From: Octopus sinensis
Taxonomy: Eukaryota
Assembly: GCF_006345805.1 (NCBI RefSeq)
Contig: NC_043011.1
Location: 13,218,464 to 13,282,463, forward strand
Direction: 5' to 3'
DNA length: 64,000 nucleotides
The notes below the pieces were generated by a model, which saw nothing but the letters and a program-made list of their open reading frames with translations, was not told the origin of the DNA and made no database searches. The translations under genes were made by a program, and so were the position numbers. Within the stretch, counting starts at the first letter, position 1. Each line of letters opens with the position of its first letter. This document shows positions 13,427 through 26,939 of the stretch, piece after piece.

Positions 13427-13832
13427 AGGAGTGGCTGTGTGGTAAGTAGCTTGCTAACCAACCACATGGTTCCGGGTTCAGTCCCACTGCGTGGCATCTT
13501 GGGCAAGTGTTTTCTGCTATAGCCCCGGGCCGACCAATGCCTTGTGAGTGGATTTGGTAGACGGAAACTGAAAGAAGCCTGTCGTATATATGTATATATA
13601 TATATATGTGTATTTGTATGTGTGTGTGTGTGTGTTTGTGTGTCTGTCCCCCTAGCATTGCTTGACAACCTATGCTGGCGTGTTTACGTCCCCGTCACTT
13701 AGCGGTTCGGCAAAAGAGACCGATAGAATAAGTACTGGGCTTACAAAGAATAAGTCCCGGGGTTGATTTGCTCGACTAAAGGCGGTGCTCCAGCATGGCC
13801 GCAGTCAAATGACTGAAACAAGTAAAAGAGAG
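13427..13832 (+). mobile_element. SINE family A copy. Others at ~1920-2201(-), 28561-28690, 32705-33080(-), 33135-33300(-), 51581-51923, 54590-55300, 56734-57137
   Basis: Same head, core and tail as 8203-8597; its tail runs directly into the 3-kb array. Confidence 0.85.
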
Positions 13833-16800
13833 TATACATACATATACATACATATACATACATATATATACATATACATACATATACATACATATGCATA
13901 CATATGCATACATATGCATACATATACATACATATACATACATATGCATACATATACATACATATACATACATATGCATACATATACATATACATACATA
14001 TGCATACATATGCATACATATGCATACATATACATACATATGCATACATATGCATACATATACATACATATGCATACATATACATACATATGCATACATA
14101 TACATATACATACATATACATACATATGCATACATATACATATACATACATATGCATACATATGCATACATATGCATACATATGCATACATATGCATACA
14201 TATACATACATATGCATACATATACATATACATACATATACATACATATACATACATATACATACATATGCATACATATACATACATATGCATACATATA
14301 CATACATATGCATACATATACATACATATGCATACATATACATATACATACATATGCATACATATGCATATACATACATATGCATACATATGCATATACA
14401 TACATATGCATACATATACATACATATGCATATACATACATATGCATACATATGCATATACATACATACATATGCATATATATACATACATATGCATATA
14501 CATACATATGCATATACATACATATACATACATATATATACATGCATATGCATATATATACATGCATATGCATATACATACATGCATATGCATATACATA
14601 CATGCATATGCATATACATACATGCATATGCATATACATACATGCATATGCATATACATACATGCATATGCATATACATACATGCATATGCATATACATA
14701 CATGCATATGCATATACATACATGCATATGCATATACATACATGCATATGCATATACATACATACATATGCATATGCATACATGCATATGCATATATATA
14801 CATACATATGCATATACATACATATACATACATATGCATATACATACATATACATACATATGCATACATATACATACATATGCATACATATACATACATA
14901 TGCATACATATACATACATATGCATATACATACATATGCATATACATACATATGCATATACATACATATGCATATACATACATATGCATATACATACATA
15001 TGCATATACATGCATATACATACATATGCATATACATACATATACATACATATGCATATACATACATATACATACATATGCATATATATACATATACATA
15101 CATATGCATATACATACATATACATACATATGCATACATATACATACATATGCATATACATACATATGCATATACATACATATGCATATACATACATATG
15201 CATATACATACATATGCATATACATGCATATACATACATATGCATATACATACATATACATACATATGCATATACATACATATACATACATATGCATATA
15301 CATACATATACATACATATGCATATACATACATATACATACATATGCATATACATACATATACATACATATGCATATACATACATATGCATATACATACA
15401 TATGCATATACATGCATATACATACACATGCATATACATACATATACATACACATACATATACATACATATGCATATACATACATATACATACATATGCA
15501 TATACATACATATACATACATATGCATATATATACATATGCATACATATGCATATATATACATATGCATACATATGCATACATATACATATATATACATA
15601 TGCATACATATGCATATATATACATATACATACATATGCATATATATACATATGCATACATATGCATATATATACATATACATACATATGCATATATATA
15701 CATATGCATACATATGCATACATATACATATGCATACATATGCATACATATGCATACATATACATATGCATACATATGCATACATATACATATGCATACA
15801 TATGCATATATATACATATGCATACATATACATATGCATACATATGCATATATATACATATACATACATATGCATATATATACATATGCATACATATGCA
15901 TATATATACATATACATACATATGCATATATATACATATGCATACATATGCATATATATACATATGCATACATATGCATATATATACATATGCATACATA
16001 TGCATACATATACATATACATACATATGCATACATATACATATACATACATATGCATACATATACATATACATACATATGCATACATATGCATATACATA
16101 CATATGCATACATATGCATATACATACATATGCATACATATGCATATACATACATATGCATACATATGCATATATATACATATGCATACATATGCATATA
16201 TATACATATACATACATATGCATACATATACATATACATACATATGCATACATATACATATACATACATATGCATACATATACATATACATACATATGCA
16301 TACATATGCATATACATACATATGCATACATATGCATATACATACATATGCATACATATGCATATATATACATATACATACATATGCATATATATACATA
16401 TACATACATATGCATATATATACATATACATACATACATATGCATATATATACATATACATACATATGCATATACATACATATGCATATACATACATACA
16501 TATGCATATACATACATACACATGCATGTACATACATACACATGCATATACATACATACACATGCATATACATACATACACATGCATATACATACATATA
16601 CATGCATATACATACATATACATACATATGCATACATATGCATATACATACATATACATACATATGCATATACATACATATACATACATATATATATACA
16701 TATACATACATATACATATACATATACATACATATACATACATATATATATACATATACATACATATACATACATATATATATACATATACATACATATA

Positions 16801-16909
16801 TATATACATATACATACATATATATATACATATACATACATATATATATACATATACATACATATATATATACATATACATACATATATATATACATATA
16901 CATACATAT
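13833..16909. repeat. ~3.08-kb compound satellite of CATA/CATATA/CATATG/CATG units
   Basis: Alternating pyrimidine-purine throughout as read; sub-blocks of 10-mers (CATACATATG) and a 20-mer block (CATATACATACATGCATATG, ~14530-14760). Confidence 0.98.
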
Positions 16910-17478
16910 GTAAAACAAACAGCAGAACTCGAAGCAACTCAGAGAAGCTACACAAAGAAAATCGTCTAAATGCAAAATGTCAGCTACTGGGAAAGACTGA
17001 AGGTATTAAACCTCTTCTCCCTGGAGCGGAGGCGGGAGAGATATGCAGTGATATACATCTGGAAAATCCTGGAGGGTCTTGTCCCAAACTTTGGCATTCA
17101 AAGTTACTCCAACCGCAGAACGGGGCGCCGCTGCGTGGTGCCAAGGATTCCAACATCACCATCAAAATACAGGTCCAGATACTGCAACAGCTTGGGTTTC
17201 AGAGGACCACAGCTCTTTAACATCCTCCCTAAATGCCTGAGAGACTTACATGGTGTGGATGTGGGTTTCTTTAAAACTAAACTGGATCTCTTCTTGTTGG
17301 GAGTCCTAGATGAACCTACCTCACGACAGGAGACACGGATGTGGGCAGCAGCATCGAACTCCCTTGTTGATCAAGTGCCACGTATCAGAGGTGGATTCAC
17401 AAACTAGTGTAGCTCATTCAGCGGTGGTGCCCCAGCATGGCCGCGGCCTTCGGGCTGAAACATTTTTTTTAAGGATTT
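16910..17478 (+). mobile_element. 5'-truncated CR1/L2-group LINE 3' end
   Basis: AELEATQRSYTKKI, SYWERLKVLNLFSLERRRERY, FKTKLDLFL, DEP..SNSLVDQ; stop at 17407, then a short 3' UTR. Confidence 0.85.
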
Positions 17479-18378
17479 ATATATATATACATATACATAC
17501 ATATATATATACATATACATACATATATATATACATATACATACATATATATATACATATACATACATATATATATACATATACATACATATATATATAC
17601 ATATACATACATATATATATACATATACATACATATATATATACATATACATATATACATATACATACATATATACACATATACATACATATATACATAC
17701 ATATGCATATATATACATATACATACATATATACATACATATGCATATATATACATATACATACATATATACATACATATGCATATATATACATATACAT
17801 ACATATACATACATATACATACATATGCATATATATACATACATATACATACATATGCATATATATACATATACATATACATACATATGCATATATATAC
17901 ATACATATACATACATATGCATATATATACATACATATACATACATATGCATATATATACATACATATACATACATATGCATATATATACATACATATAC
18001 ATACATATGCATATATATACATACATATACATACATATGCATATATATACATACATATACATACATATGCATATATATACATATACATATACATACATAT
18101 GCATATATATACATATACATATACATACATATGCATATATATACATATACATATACATACATATGCATATATATACATATACATATACATACATAGCATA
18201 TATATACATATACATATATATACATATACATATAATACATATAATACTATACATATATATACATATATATACATATATATACATATATATACATATATAT
18301 ACATATATATACATATATATACATATATATACATATATATACATATATATATATATATATTATATATATTACATATAT

Positions 18379-18410
<32 letters not shown>

Positions 18411-18411
18411 C
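17479..18411. repeat. ~0.93-kb (TA/CATA/CATATG) compound microsatellite
   Basis: Same unit types as the 3-kb array; contains a 30-bp higher-order unit around 17880-18060. Confidence 0.97.
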
Positions 18412-21400
18412 ATCATCATCGTTTAACGTCCGCTTTCCATGGGTTGGACGATTTGACTGAGGACTGGCGAACCAGATGGCTGCACCATCAGATGTATACA
18501 CACATACATACAATGCTTGTTTTTGCTATGTAAAATCTGGTCATCTGCTTGAAACCCGAACTGAATATCAATTGAATCCCTTACTAAAGATTGTGTGTTC
18601 TTTGTTTTCTCCATTAAAACATTAATTAGGCTCACGCAAATAATAAATAAGAAAATTACTTTTCGCAAGCAAAATTAATACACTATTGTAGATGCTAAGC
18701 CTTATTATCAGAAGCTTCCTAGAATCGTAATTACCAGCTGGATAAAAATCAGTAAAATCAAAGCTGTGATACTGAATGGATACAAACTTTTTGGTAGCAT
18801 ACAATTCAGGAACTCTCTAAGGAAAGTGCTTTCTTACGGGTTTAAGTATGATCTAATTTTCAAAGATCTGAAACTTCAGGTCCAACTGACATACACAGAC
18901 AAAACAAACCACACCCCAAAAATTCTAGCAACCCACAGGAATCCGTTATCTGATTTTTTTTTTTTTTATCTATGATCATCTCCGTCCCAACTAATGCTCC
19001 TTGATAACACTTCGCACCTTTCTATTCACAATGACCACTGATAACGTCAGCTTATTTGATCAACTTACCACATTAGTATTCTAACAGAAAACCAACAATC
19101 TAGTAACATTTAACTTCCTACTTATTTCAAAGATTAACAGAATCATGTCGCCACTTCTGTTTGAAAGCTATCTTCAAAAACTACACCATTAGTATATAAA
19201 ATATTGCAGTGACCTTCTCTCACAAACCTATTATCATTACGAACACTACGAAATTTAAGATCCTTTCAGTCCAGAAATATATCAGATAAAACTTTATAAG
19301 TACTTCGTTATACAACGCACTATTTTTCAACAAATATTTCATAAAATAATTCATTCGGTGGCCCAACTATTTTTATCTATTACATTAATTTTTACATTCC
19401 ATATTAACGGTTCCAATTTGAGAACTTCCCCTCCTTCATTGTCAGGAAGGCACCCATTGAACATGGTTTTTAAAAAATCTGAGAAACTATAGATTTTTAT
19501 CTCTCTACAAACATGCAATAATGCTTGTGCTAATTTAAGAATAAAAACTTGCTTTGACGTAAGTTAATTGTTAGTTTATTTGAAATGACAACAAAAGCAG
19601 TAAGTCAGCTATTGAATTTTTAACTGAAATAGCATTGCTAATTTAGGATGTTATGTATAAAATGCGAAAACTAGGAGACAGAAAAGAAATTATGCTCGAG
19701 CACGGCCTAAAACAAAGATTATGTATCATGTGTTACAATTTTAAATATTTTTTTGAATAGATTAATGAGAAGCAAGCAACGATAAAAATTAAGCTACATA
19801 AAGGAAAACACCGAGTTAATAAACCAATTTTCGAGTTCTTCCTATTTAAACAACTAGAACCAACGGAACGCCACCAACTGCTAGTCATCCTGCTAAAAGT
19901 AGTAGCCAACTTCTCTCAAATCACATTGATTATTAAAGAAAAAGTACACACTATGTTCTAAACAAAAAGACGCAGTGGTCATGGCTGGAACATACATATC
20001 AAAAGTCTTCCATCCAGACGGACTTGCAACATACTCTAAAGTACATTTATTTACAACTTGGGTTGTAATAAAATTCTGCTATTTCTAACTAATAAATTAA
20101 ATCCGAAAGTATGAATGCTACGAGATATTTATTATTCGACACAGTCACAATCAAAGTTATAAAAAAAAAGATTAAAATTTAAGATCCTTTCAGTTCAGAA
20201 ATATATCAGATTAAACTTTATAAACTTCGTATACAGCGCACTATTTTTCAACAAATATTTCATAAAACCATTCATTCGGTGGCCCAACTATTTTCATCAA
20301 GTAAAATCGGTAAAATTACAGATTAACATCGTGCGGGTGTTAATCTGTAATTTTACCGTAAAATCTTGAGAATATCTCGGATACGTTTCTTAGAAAAGTA
20401 AATAAATTTGAAAAGTAGTCAATTGAAAATAATAATAACTGATAATTATAATTTGATTAAATGGTAACTGGAATATAGAACTTGTAAATTATCGTAGGTA
20501 AGAGTTTACAGAGAAACAAATAGATCCAGACGTTTTAAATTATGATTGAACTAAAAGAATCTTCAAACATTTTTTTCTAAGCAAGCAGTCCAAAATATAG
20601 CAGTGACGTGTAAACAGTTACACTTGCAAATAAGTTTTATACATAAAAAGAGAAGAAAAAAAAAGAAAAGGACGTAAAAATCCCATAGACACACAAATCA
20701 CCTGATCGGTGACAGTTTAATATCGTTTAATACGAATCTCTATTCAAAGAGTACTTGCAAAGCTGTCAGTAACCCACACACACATATTGATACATATCAA
20801 ACACACACACACACACACGTACACACGTATATGTGAATGAGTGATGTCAAGGAAATGTCTTGATTGTCAATCAACTTCACTTGCAAGACCCACGTGTCTC
20901 TTCGGTGGCTCAATTAAGTTTTTCATCACATCCAAGACTAACCAGAATAAAAAAATATAATTAGCTATATTAAAATTCTTATTAGTAAAAAAAAGAAATT
21001 GTTCGCTTTTAAAGCAATACTCAAATTAAGTTAAAATAATTAATACCTCAGTCATTTATTATGTCAAATGAGAATAATGAAAAATGTTCGAATTGAGAAG
21101 AAAAGGTCAACATCTAAATTAGATGCTTTTTTTTTTTTTCCTTTTTTAATTTTTTACACTAGCTTAGATTCCGGCAACAGTAAAATCTGGTTTACAACAT
21201 ATAACTTTAACTGCTAAGTGAAATAAGGCCGGCTTAACAGTGCACCCACATAGACTGGAGTGGTATATAACATACAAAGAAAACTTTCGGCCTGCTAAAT
21301 AAATTGAATAACAAGTTTTTATCATTGAACATCGTGACTAAAATATTTCTAAAGAGAGTTAAAACGAAATATTTTTTACAGACAGTTCTTGAAATCTTTA

Positions 21401-22415
21401 AACATAATATAAGCATGAATATGAAGCTTATATTTTGTCCGTACAACGTACCAATACACAGTGGCTTGCAAACCAAATCGCCTTCAAATCACGTTTGGGG
21501 AAAAGGACACATTGAATAACATAACTCTAGATACATTGTGCCTTAAAAAAATAGATAAATAGTCATACCATGAACGCCTTTGATAATAATCACGATTAAC
21601 TGGAGGTGAAATAACTTTTCGATATTATAATTATTTCAAACTTTAGAGTATAAACACACACAAAGTGTATGCTGCGATGGTAATTACAAAAAAAAAAGTT
21701 TCCAACAGGCACTTGTTTGGCAGTTAATGAGAATTCTGTAATAAGCATTAAGCGCCGTGATAGTATATAAAATGGGTTTTCAGATATCTATGAATATGTT
21801 GACAATCGAGAACAGTAATCGAGTCATTATTCAGAACTTAATTTTTATAAAAAATACTGTAAGCAGCAAACGATAAATGAAGCCGGAATAGACGATCACG
21901 CACCAAACACCCCAATTTTACCACAGGTCGAGACCCACCACAAGTAGCATTTCTTTAAAAAAAACACTTTCTCTTTGCTTAAACGAAACACAAACGTAAC
22001 ACATTCTGCATGGTGAGTTATCACATCAGCAAGAACCAGAAAATAAATGTGGAACAAAGGGAAACATAATTGATCAGAAACAATTTCTTAAAATACACGA
22101 CTGGTAAATGGGGGAGGATAACATCTTAACTTGTAAATTTCACTTCCGACACTTACTGGGAAAATCGGAAATTGACTTAATCAGGGCATTTCTTTCTTTC
22201 TTTATTATTTTCATATAGCTACTTTAGGAACACTCGGATAAATAATGACAACTTTTTACAAGTAAACTCGCTGCTAATTATATTTTCGTCTGTATATGTA
22301 AGTAAGTAAATTGTTGGCGATGACAGAACAGAGCTAAATAAACTCCCGTAAGCGGCTGGATAATTACATTTTATAAAGGAAAAAAGAAATAATCGACCGA
22401 TTATCGTGTACTTAC

Positions 22416-22539
22416 CTATAGTTGAAATAAACGTGGTATTAAAGGCGTCTTCAGAGAATCGAAACAATACACAAGTTTTGCCTACTCCTGAATCTCCTAT
22501 AAGTAGCAGCTTGAATAAGTAATCGTAAGTCTTCGCCAT
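22416..22539 (-). CDS. RAB8: Rab8 small GTPase, coding exon 1 (124 bp)
   Basis: Translates [42 protein letters not shown], nearly identical to the Rab8 N-terminus (Rab10 and Rab13 differ here); P-loop GDSGVGKT; ends at donor G|GTAAG (22415-22411). Confidence 0.97.
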
Positions 22540-22599
22540 CTTGCCAATGCTTCAATGGCTGCGTCTGCTCAGGAAACACCCTAATTTACATAATAGCTG

Positions 22600-22635
22600 A
22601 CGTTCAATTTACGTCACTTCCGCTCACTTCTGGTG
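22600..22635 (-). promoter_or_regulatory. Putative Rab8 proximal promoter with a composite ETS-CRE motif
   Basis: Minus strand reads GCGGAAGTGACGTAA (22609-22623), about 70-85 bp upstream of the ATG; a second TGACGT lies nearby; start context CAAGATGGCG resembles a YY1 site. Confidence 0.5.
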
Positions 22636-22858
22636 TTCATTCTCGTAGAATAATTTGGTAATTGGCACTTTAAAAAGAGGAAAAATTAAGTGACTTTGTA
22701 AAATAAGATCACTTCGTTTGTGTTTTGTAATATGAGTTTGAACGTTTCGGACAGGCCTCTTACAGTTTATCCTATTGATTTTTTTTACCGGCATTAATTA
22801 TCACTTATCTCTTCAGACTATAACATTTTTTTTCTTAATTAGTAATAGAACTAAGTTG

Positions 22859-23276
22859 GGATCTTTTCGGTTTGAACGGCAGTTTTTTTAAATAATTCCC
22901 ATGTTACTAAACACTTTTAAACTTCGTATACTCGTAGAATGTGCTTATTAAACATCTTTTTCTCTTGGCTTTATTGAGAAAAGTCTATAGTTTGTAAGAT
23001 ATTTGTTGTTGTTTTTTTCTTCAATTTCTGCAATTTCAACCAATCAATGACGTCCATTGAGGTAAAAACATTCTGTGCCGTATGAATATGTCCCTCGTTT
23101 AAGAAACAGATTGGGTTTATTTACATTTCTGAAGAAAAAAAGATACCCTTCCCCCCACTCTAACCCTAACCCTAAAACAGATTGAAATGCAATAGATCGA
23201 TACTAGGGTCATAATTATGGGTGACAATTTCATATGACACCGCTAGAAAAAACTGCCGTTCAAACCGAAAAGATCC
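22859..23276 (+). mobile_element. GGATC MITE flanked by a ~35-bp direct duplication
   Basis: TIRs present; flanks 22824-22858 and 23277-23310 are duplicated. Confidence 0.92.
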
Positions 23277-23658
23277 CATTTTTTTCTTAATTAGTAATAG
23301 AACTAAGTTGGGAACACCTTTACGACGATTAGAGATTTTGTTCGAAGAGAATAGCAAAGCTCTTCATTTTAAAACGGGATGATGGTTAAGAAACTCGATA
23401 ATATATATCATCGGTTAAAGTATGGAGGGGAGTTGAAGACTAGAACAGAATTTCAGAAAGGAGGAGTTTATTCAAGAGCGGGGTTTATTCAAGATGGGGG
23501 AAGTACAAATCTTTACAGAACCAACGTAATCGGAGTGCAATGTTTACAGGGAAAATGTCAGCGACGGGATGGGACGGTTCTAGCAGGGTGAAAATCTGGG
23601 ATGGAAGGTTAAGTTAAAATGTGTAATGAGATAGAACAAAGTGATTGGAGAAGGAAGG

Positions 23659-24072
23659 GGATCTTTTCGGTTTGAACGGCAGTTTTTAACATAATTTCTA
23701 GGTAACTAAACACTTTTAAACTTCGTATACTGGTAGAATGGGTTTATAAAACATCTTTTTCTCTTGGCTTTATTGAGAAAACTCTATGGTTTGTAAGATA
23801 TTTGTTGTTGTTTTTTTCTTCAATTTCTGCAATTTCAACCAATCAATGACGTCCATTGAGGTAAAAAAAAAATTCTGTGCCGTATGAATATGTCCCTCGT
23901 TTAAGAAACAGATTGGGTCTATTTACATTCGTGAAGAAAAAAGATACCCTTCCCCCTAACCCTAACCCTAAAACAGATTGAAATGCAATAGATCGATACT
24001 AGGGTCATAATTATGGGTGACAATATCATGTGACACGGCTAGAAAAAACTGCCGTTCAAACCGAAAAGATCC
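23659..24072 (+). mobile_element. GGATC MITE
   Basis: TIRs; 8-bp TSD AAGGAAGG. Confidence 0.95.
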
Positions 24073-24284
24073 AAGGAAGGAGATATAGATGACCATCAGT
24101 GGCGAGAGTAATCAGATAGCTGGTACAGAGGAGCAAAGACCATTAAAAAGCGAGAAGTCGAGAGAGAAAGAAACAACACGTCTATAAACGAGTGACTGGA
24201 GTGCGTTGATTAAATCATTGCTGAACAATTGCCTTGCATTCTTTTGAGATGTTCATGCGCAGTAACAGCCTTCTTCCATATACA

Positions 24285-26009
24285 TTAGGTCGTCAAGTAT
24301 AAAATTTGTAGAAAAGAAAAGTTTGCTAAATTTTTATAAATACAAGGAATAGTTTAATTCATCAAAATATGCACCCATGTTGTCAATACACTTTTGCCAT
24401 TTCAGCGGTAGATTGTTCAGCCCAGAACTGTGATGATGATGATGGCAATCCCTCAAGGTCGAGGATGATGGTCTTCGCGCAAATTTACTGGTGAGTCCGT
24501 GGGTGACCGATAAGACCAATTCTTGCTTGAAAAGATCGGTCGCAGTGCGGACATCTAGTGCCGGAAGGGAGAGTCGCATGTGGTTGTTGTTGGCGCTCCT
24601 TCCGTCGTCGTCTTTTCTCCTCCAGCTCTGCAGAACTTTTCGACTCGAAAGTCGCCGTTCCCTCATGGATGGTGGTTTTCCAGAGTGGTCTGTTTTTTGC
24701 CGTTTCCTCCCAGTTAGTGAAGTCGATGTCACACTTTTTGAGGTTCGTTTTCAGGGAGTCCTTGTAGCGTTTCTTCTGGCCTCCTTTTGTACGCTTGCCG
24801 TCTTTGAGTTGGGAGTAGAAGATCTGTTTGGGAAGTCGTTCGTCAGTCATTCTAACCACGTGGCAACTGTAAAAGCCTGGCAAACAAGATGCAATAAAAT
24901 CTTGGAAGGCCTGTTTTATAGCATCATCGGAATTAAATTTTTTTCCTATCAAAAAGTTATCCAAATTCTCGAAGAAGTGGTAGTCAGTGGGGACAAGATC
25001 AGATGAGTATGGTGGATGATGGAGAACTTCCAACTCCAACTCCTGCAGTTTTGCCAATGTCATTTTTGCGATGAGTGATCTGGCGTTGTGTTGCAATAAA
25101 ACAGGAATAGATCTGTTGACTAATCTAGGCTGGTTTTTTTCTTTTAGAAAGTTTCTGCATCATTTGGTCCAGTTGGCTGCAGTATATTTCGGCCATGATT
25201 GATGAGCCAGGTTTAATGAAATCATAATGGATCACACCTGTGCCAGACCACCAAACACACACCATCAGCTTCTTTTGATGAAGTTTGCTTTTTAGACTGT
25301 GTTTTGGTGGCTCGTCTTTGTCCAACCATTGTGCTGAATGTTTACGGTTGTTGTATTTGATCCATTTCTCATTACATGTTACAATTCGATTCAAAAGTGA
25401 TTCCTTTTTGTGATAAGAAAGTAGCATTATGCAGGCTTCCAAACGTTGCTGTTTCTGATTTCCAATGAGTTCACGTGGAATCCACTTATCCAACTTTTTC
25501 ACTTTACCAATTTGAACTAGGTGAGTCAATATTGTTTGCTTGCTAATACTAAACAACAACGATAATTCACGGGCACTTTGAAATGGATCTGACTCGACGG
25601 GGGCTTTCAGTTCGTCATTATACACCTTTGTTTCTGGTCGACCAGGTTGCTCATTTGTGAGGTCAAAGTTGCCAGAACGAAATTTTGCAAACCAATTTGA
25701 TTCTGTCTGCTGTGTAATAACATTAGAATGAAATACTCCATTAATATTCCGAGCAGTCGTTGATGCTGTATTTCCAAGAAAGAACTTATATTTCAAAACT
25801 GTACGAATTTCTGACTTATCCATCTCTAAACAAAAATAGCATAAAACGATTTATAAATACTTTATAAAGTGCAAAATGAGTTAGAATAAAGAAATAGATG
25901 TGTCAGCTTTCTGACAAAAAATATTGTCAAAATATAATAATCGTGCAAAATGAGCAGCTGTAAAAGTTTACCATATACCTTACTACAACTTTCATACATG
26001 ACGACCTAA
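24285..26009 (-). mobile_element. Full-length defective mariner transposon (Hsmar1/SETMAR-like) with a nested RTE fragment
   Basis: TIRs TTAGGTCGTCA(A/T)GTAT(A/G)AAA at both ends; ATG at 25823; KWIPREL and HPPYSSDLVPTDYHFF motifs; first two catalytic aspartates degraded (TCNEKW, LQHNAR); frameshift near 25125; ~1.29 kb once the insert is removed. Confidence 0.93.
24432..24864 (-). mobile_element. 5'-truncated RTE LINE 3' end inserted in the mariner
   Basis: HVVRMTDERLPKQIFYSQL..GGQKKRYKD, single C2H2 CPHC..HPRTH, (CAT)n tail; TSD AACTGT at 24426-24431 and 24865-24870. Confidence 0.9.
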
Positions 26010-26939
26010 TATTACATTACTTCAAAGTGTTTTGTAATTTGAGCAATATTAAAAGGCTAGCAACCGATCAGCTCTGATCAGAATTGGAATATTACTTGTG
26101 TATAAGGGACTCTAACCCTCGTGAAGCAGTTTTTGTCAATGTTAAATATATGGATTGACCATGAGAGATCATCAGGGATTGTGAGTGCTAATGGTTCTGT
26201 TGACTAAGGATTTACATGCATGTTCCTAACTAGAGCGAGTGTGCAACAAGTCCGTTTCCTTTATATGCAGAAGTTACCGTGTTTTTGTTTTAGATAGTTG
26301 TTCTCGGGGATAAAATGCGTGAAGTTTAATGTGTAATGCGCAATTTTGGTATCCTGAAAAACTTGAATGTGTGACAAAGAACAGACTAGTCTTGTGGACT
26401 TTATATTCATTGATGAACTAAAAGTTAGAGACAGTTGAAATTGTAGATTTAAATACCGGGCGAATAACTTTTCCTAGGGTGTGATCTAATATATACGAGA
26501 TTGTAATATAAAAAGGCAAATATCCTTTAATTATTCAGGGGCTTTTAAAGACCGGTGCTTAAACAGATAAGAGATAAATCTCCTCCTGGATAAAACACCA
26601 GTCTATCGTAGATAATATCCCCATCAACCAAATGAACTGAGGAAATTAAGAATAAATGATCTGTTGAAAAATACAGTAGACTTGAACTCACGATATAAGA
26701 GCAAATGAAATATACTATCAAATTCTGTTGACTTCTTTCCGTCATCTACTTCTTAGTCCATCCAACCTTCAGACGTTTTGCTCACTCTTTCATCCTAAAA
26801 ATTCCCTTTCCTGAAACACTCCAAGTGTTAATGATTTGTATAAAATAAAACTCACATACCCCTTACCACCCACCTTTCATAAATGTCATGTTGAATGAAA
26901 CAATATAATAAATAACGCTGCAACCCCAGCACAAATGGG

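Noticed and set aside
13741-18533. Several 280-1100-aa ORFs on both strands (His/Ile/Tyr/Thr- or Met/Tyr/Val/Cys-rich)
   Set aside because: Stop codons need two adjacent purines, which an alternating (YR)n satellite lacks, so all frames stay open. The same applies to the shorter ORFs over the other microsatellites.
22219-22415. C-terminal extension of the 106-aa Rab ORF
   Set aside because: Read-through into intron 1 past a canonical GTAAG donor; the true continuation is the exon at 7909-7969.
24485-25096. 203-aa ORF fusing a mariner catalytic C-terminal part to an RTE zinc finger
   Set aside because: Chance in-frame junction from a nested insertion (TSD visible); the mariner is frameshifted upstream and has lost catalytic aspartates.
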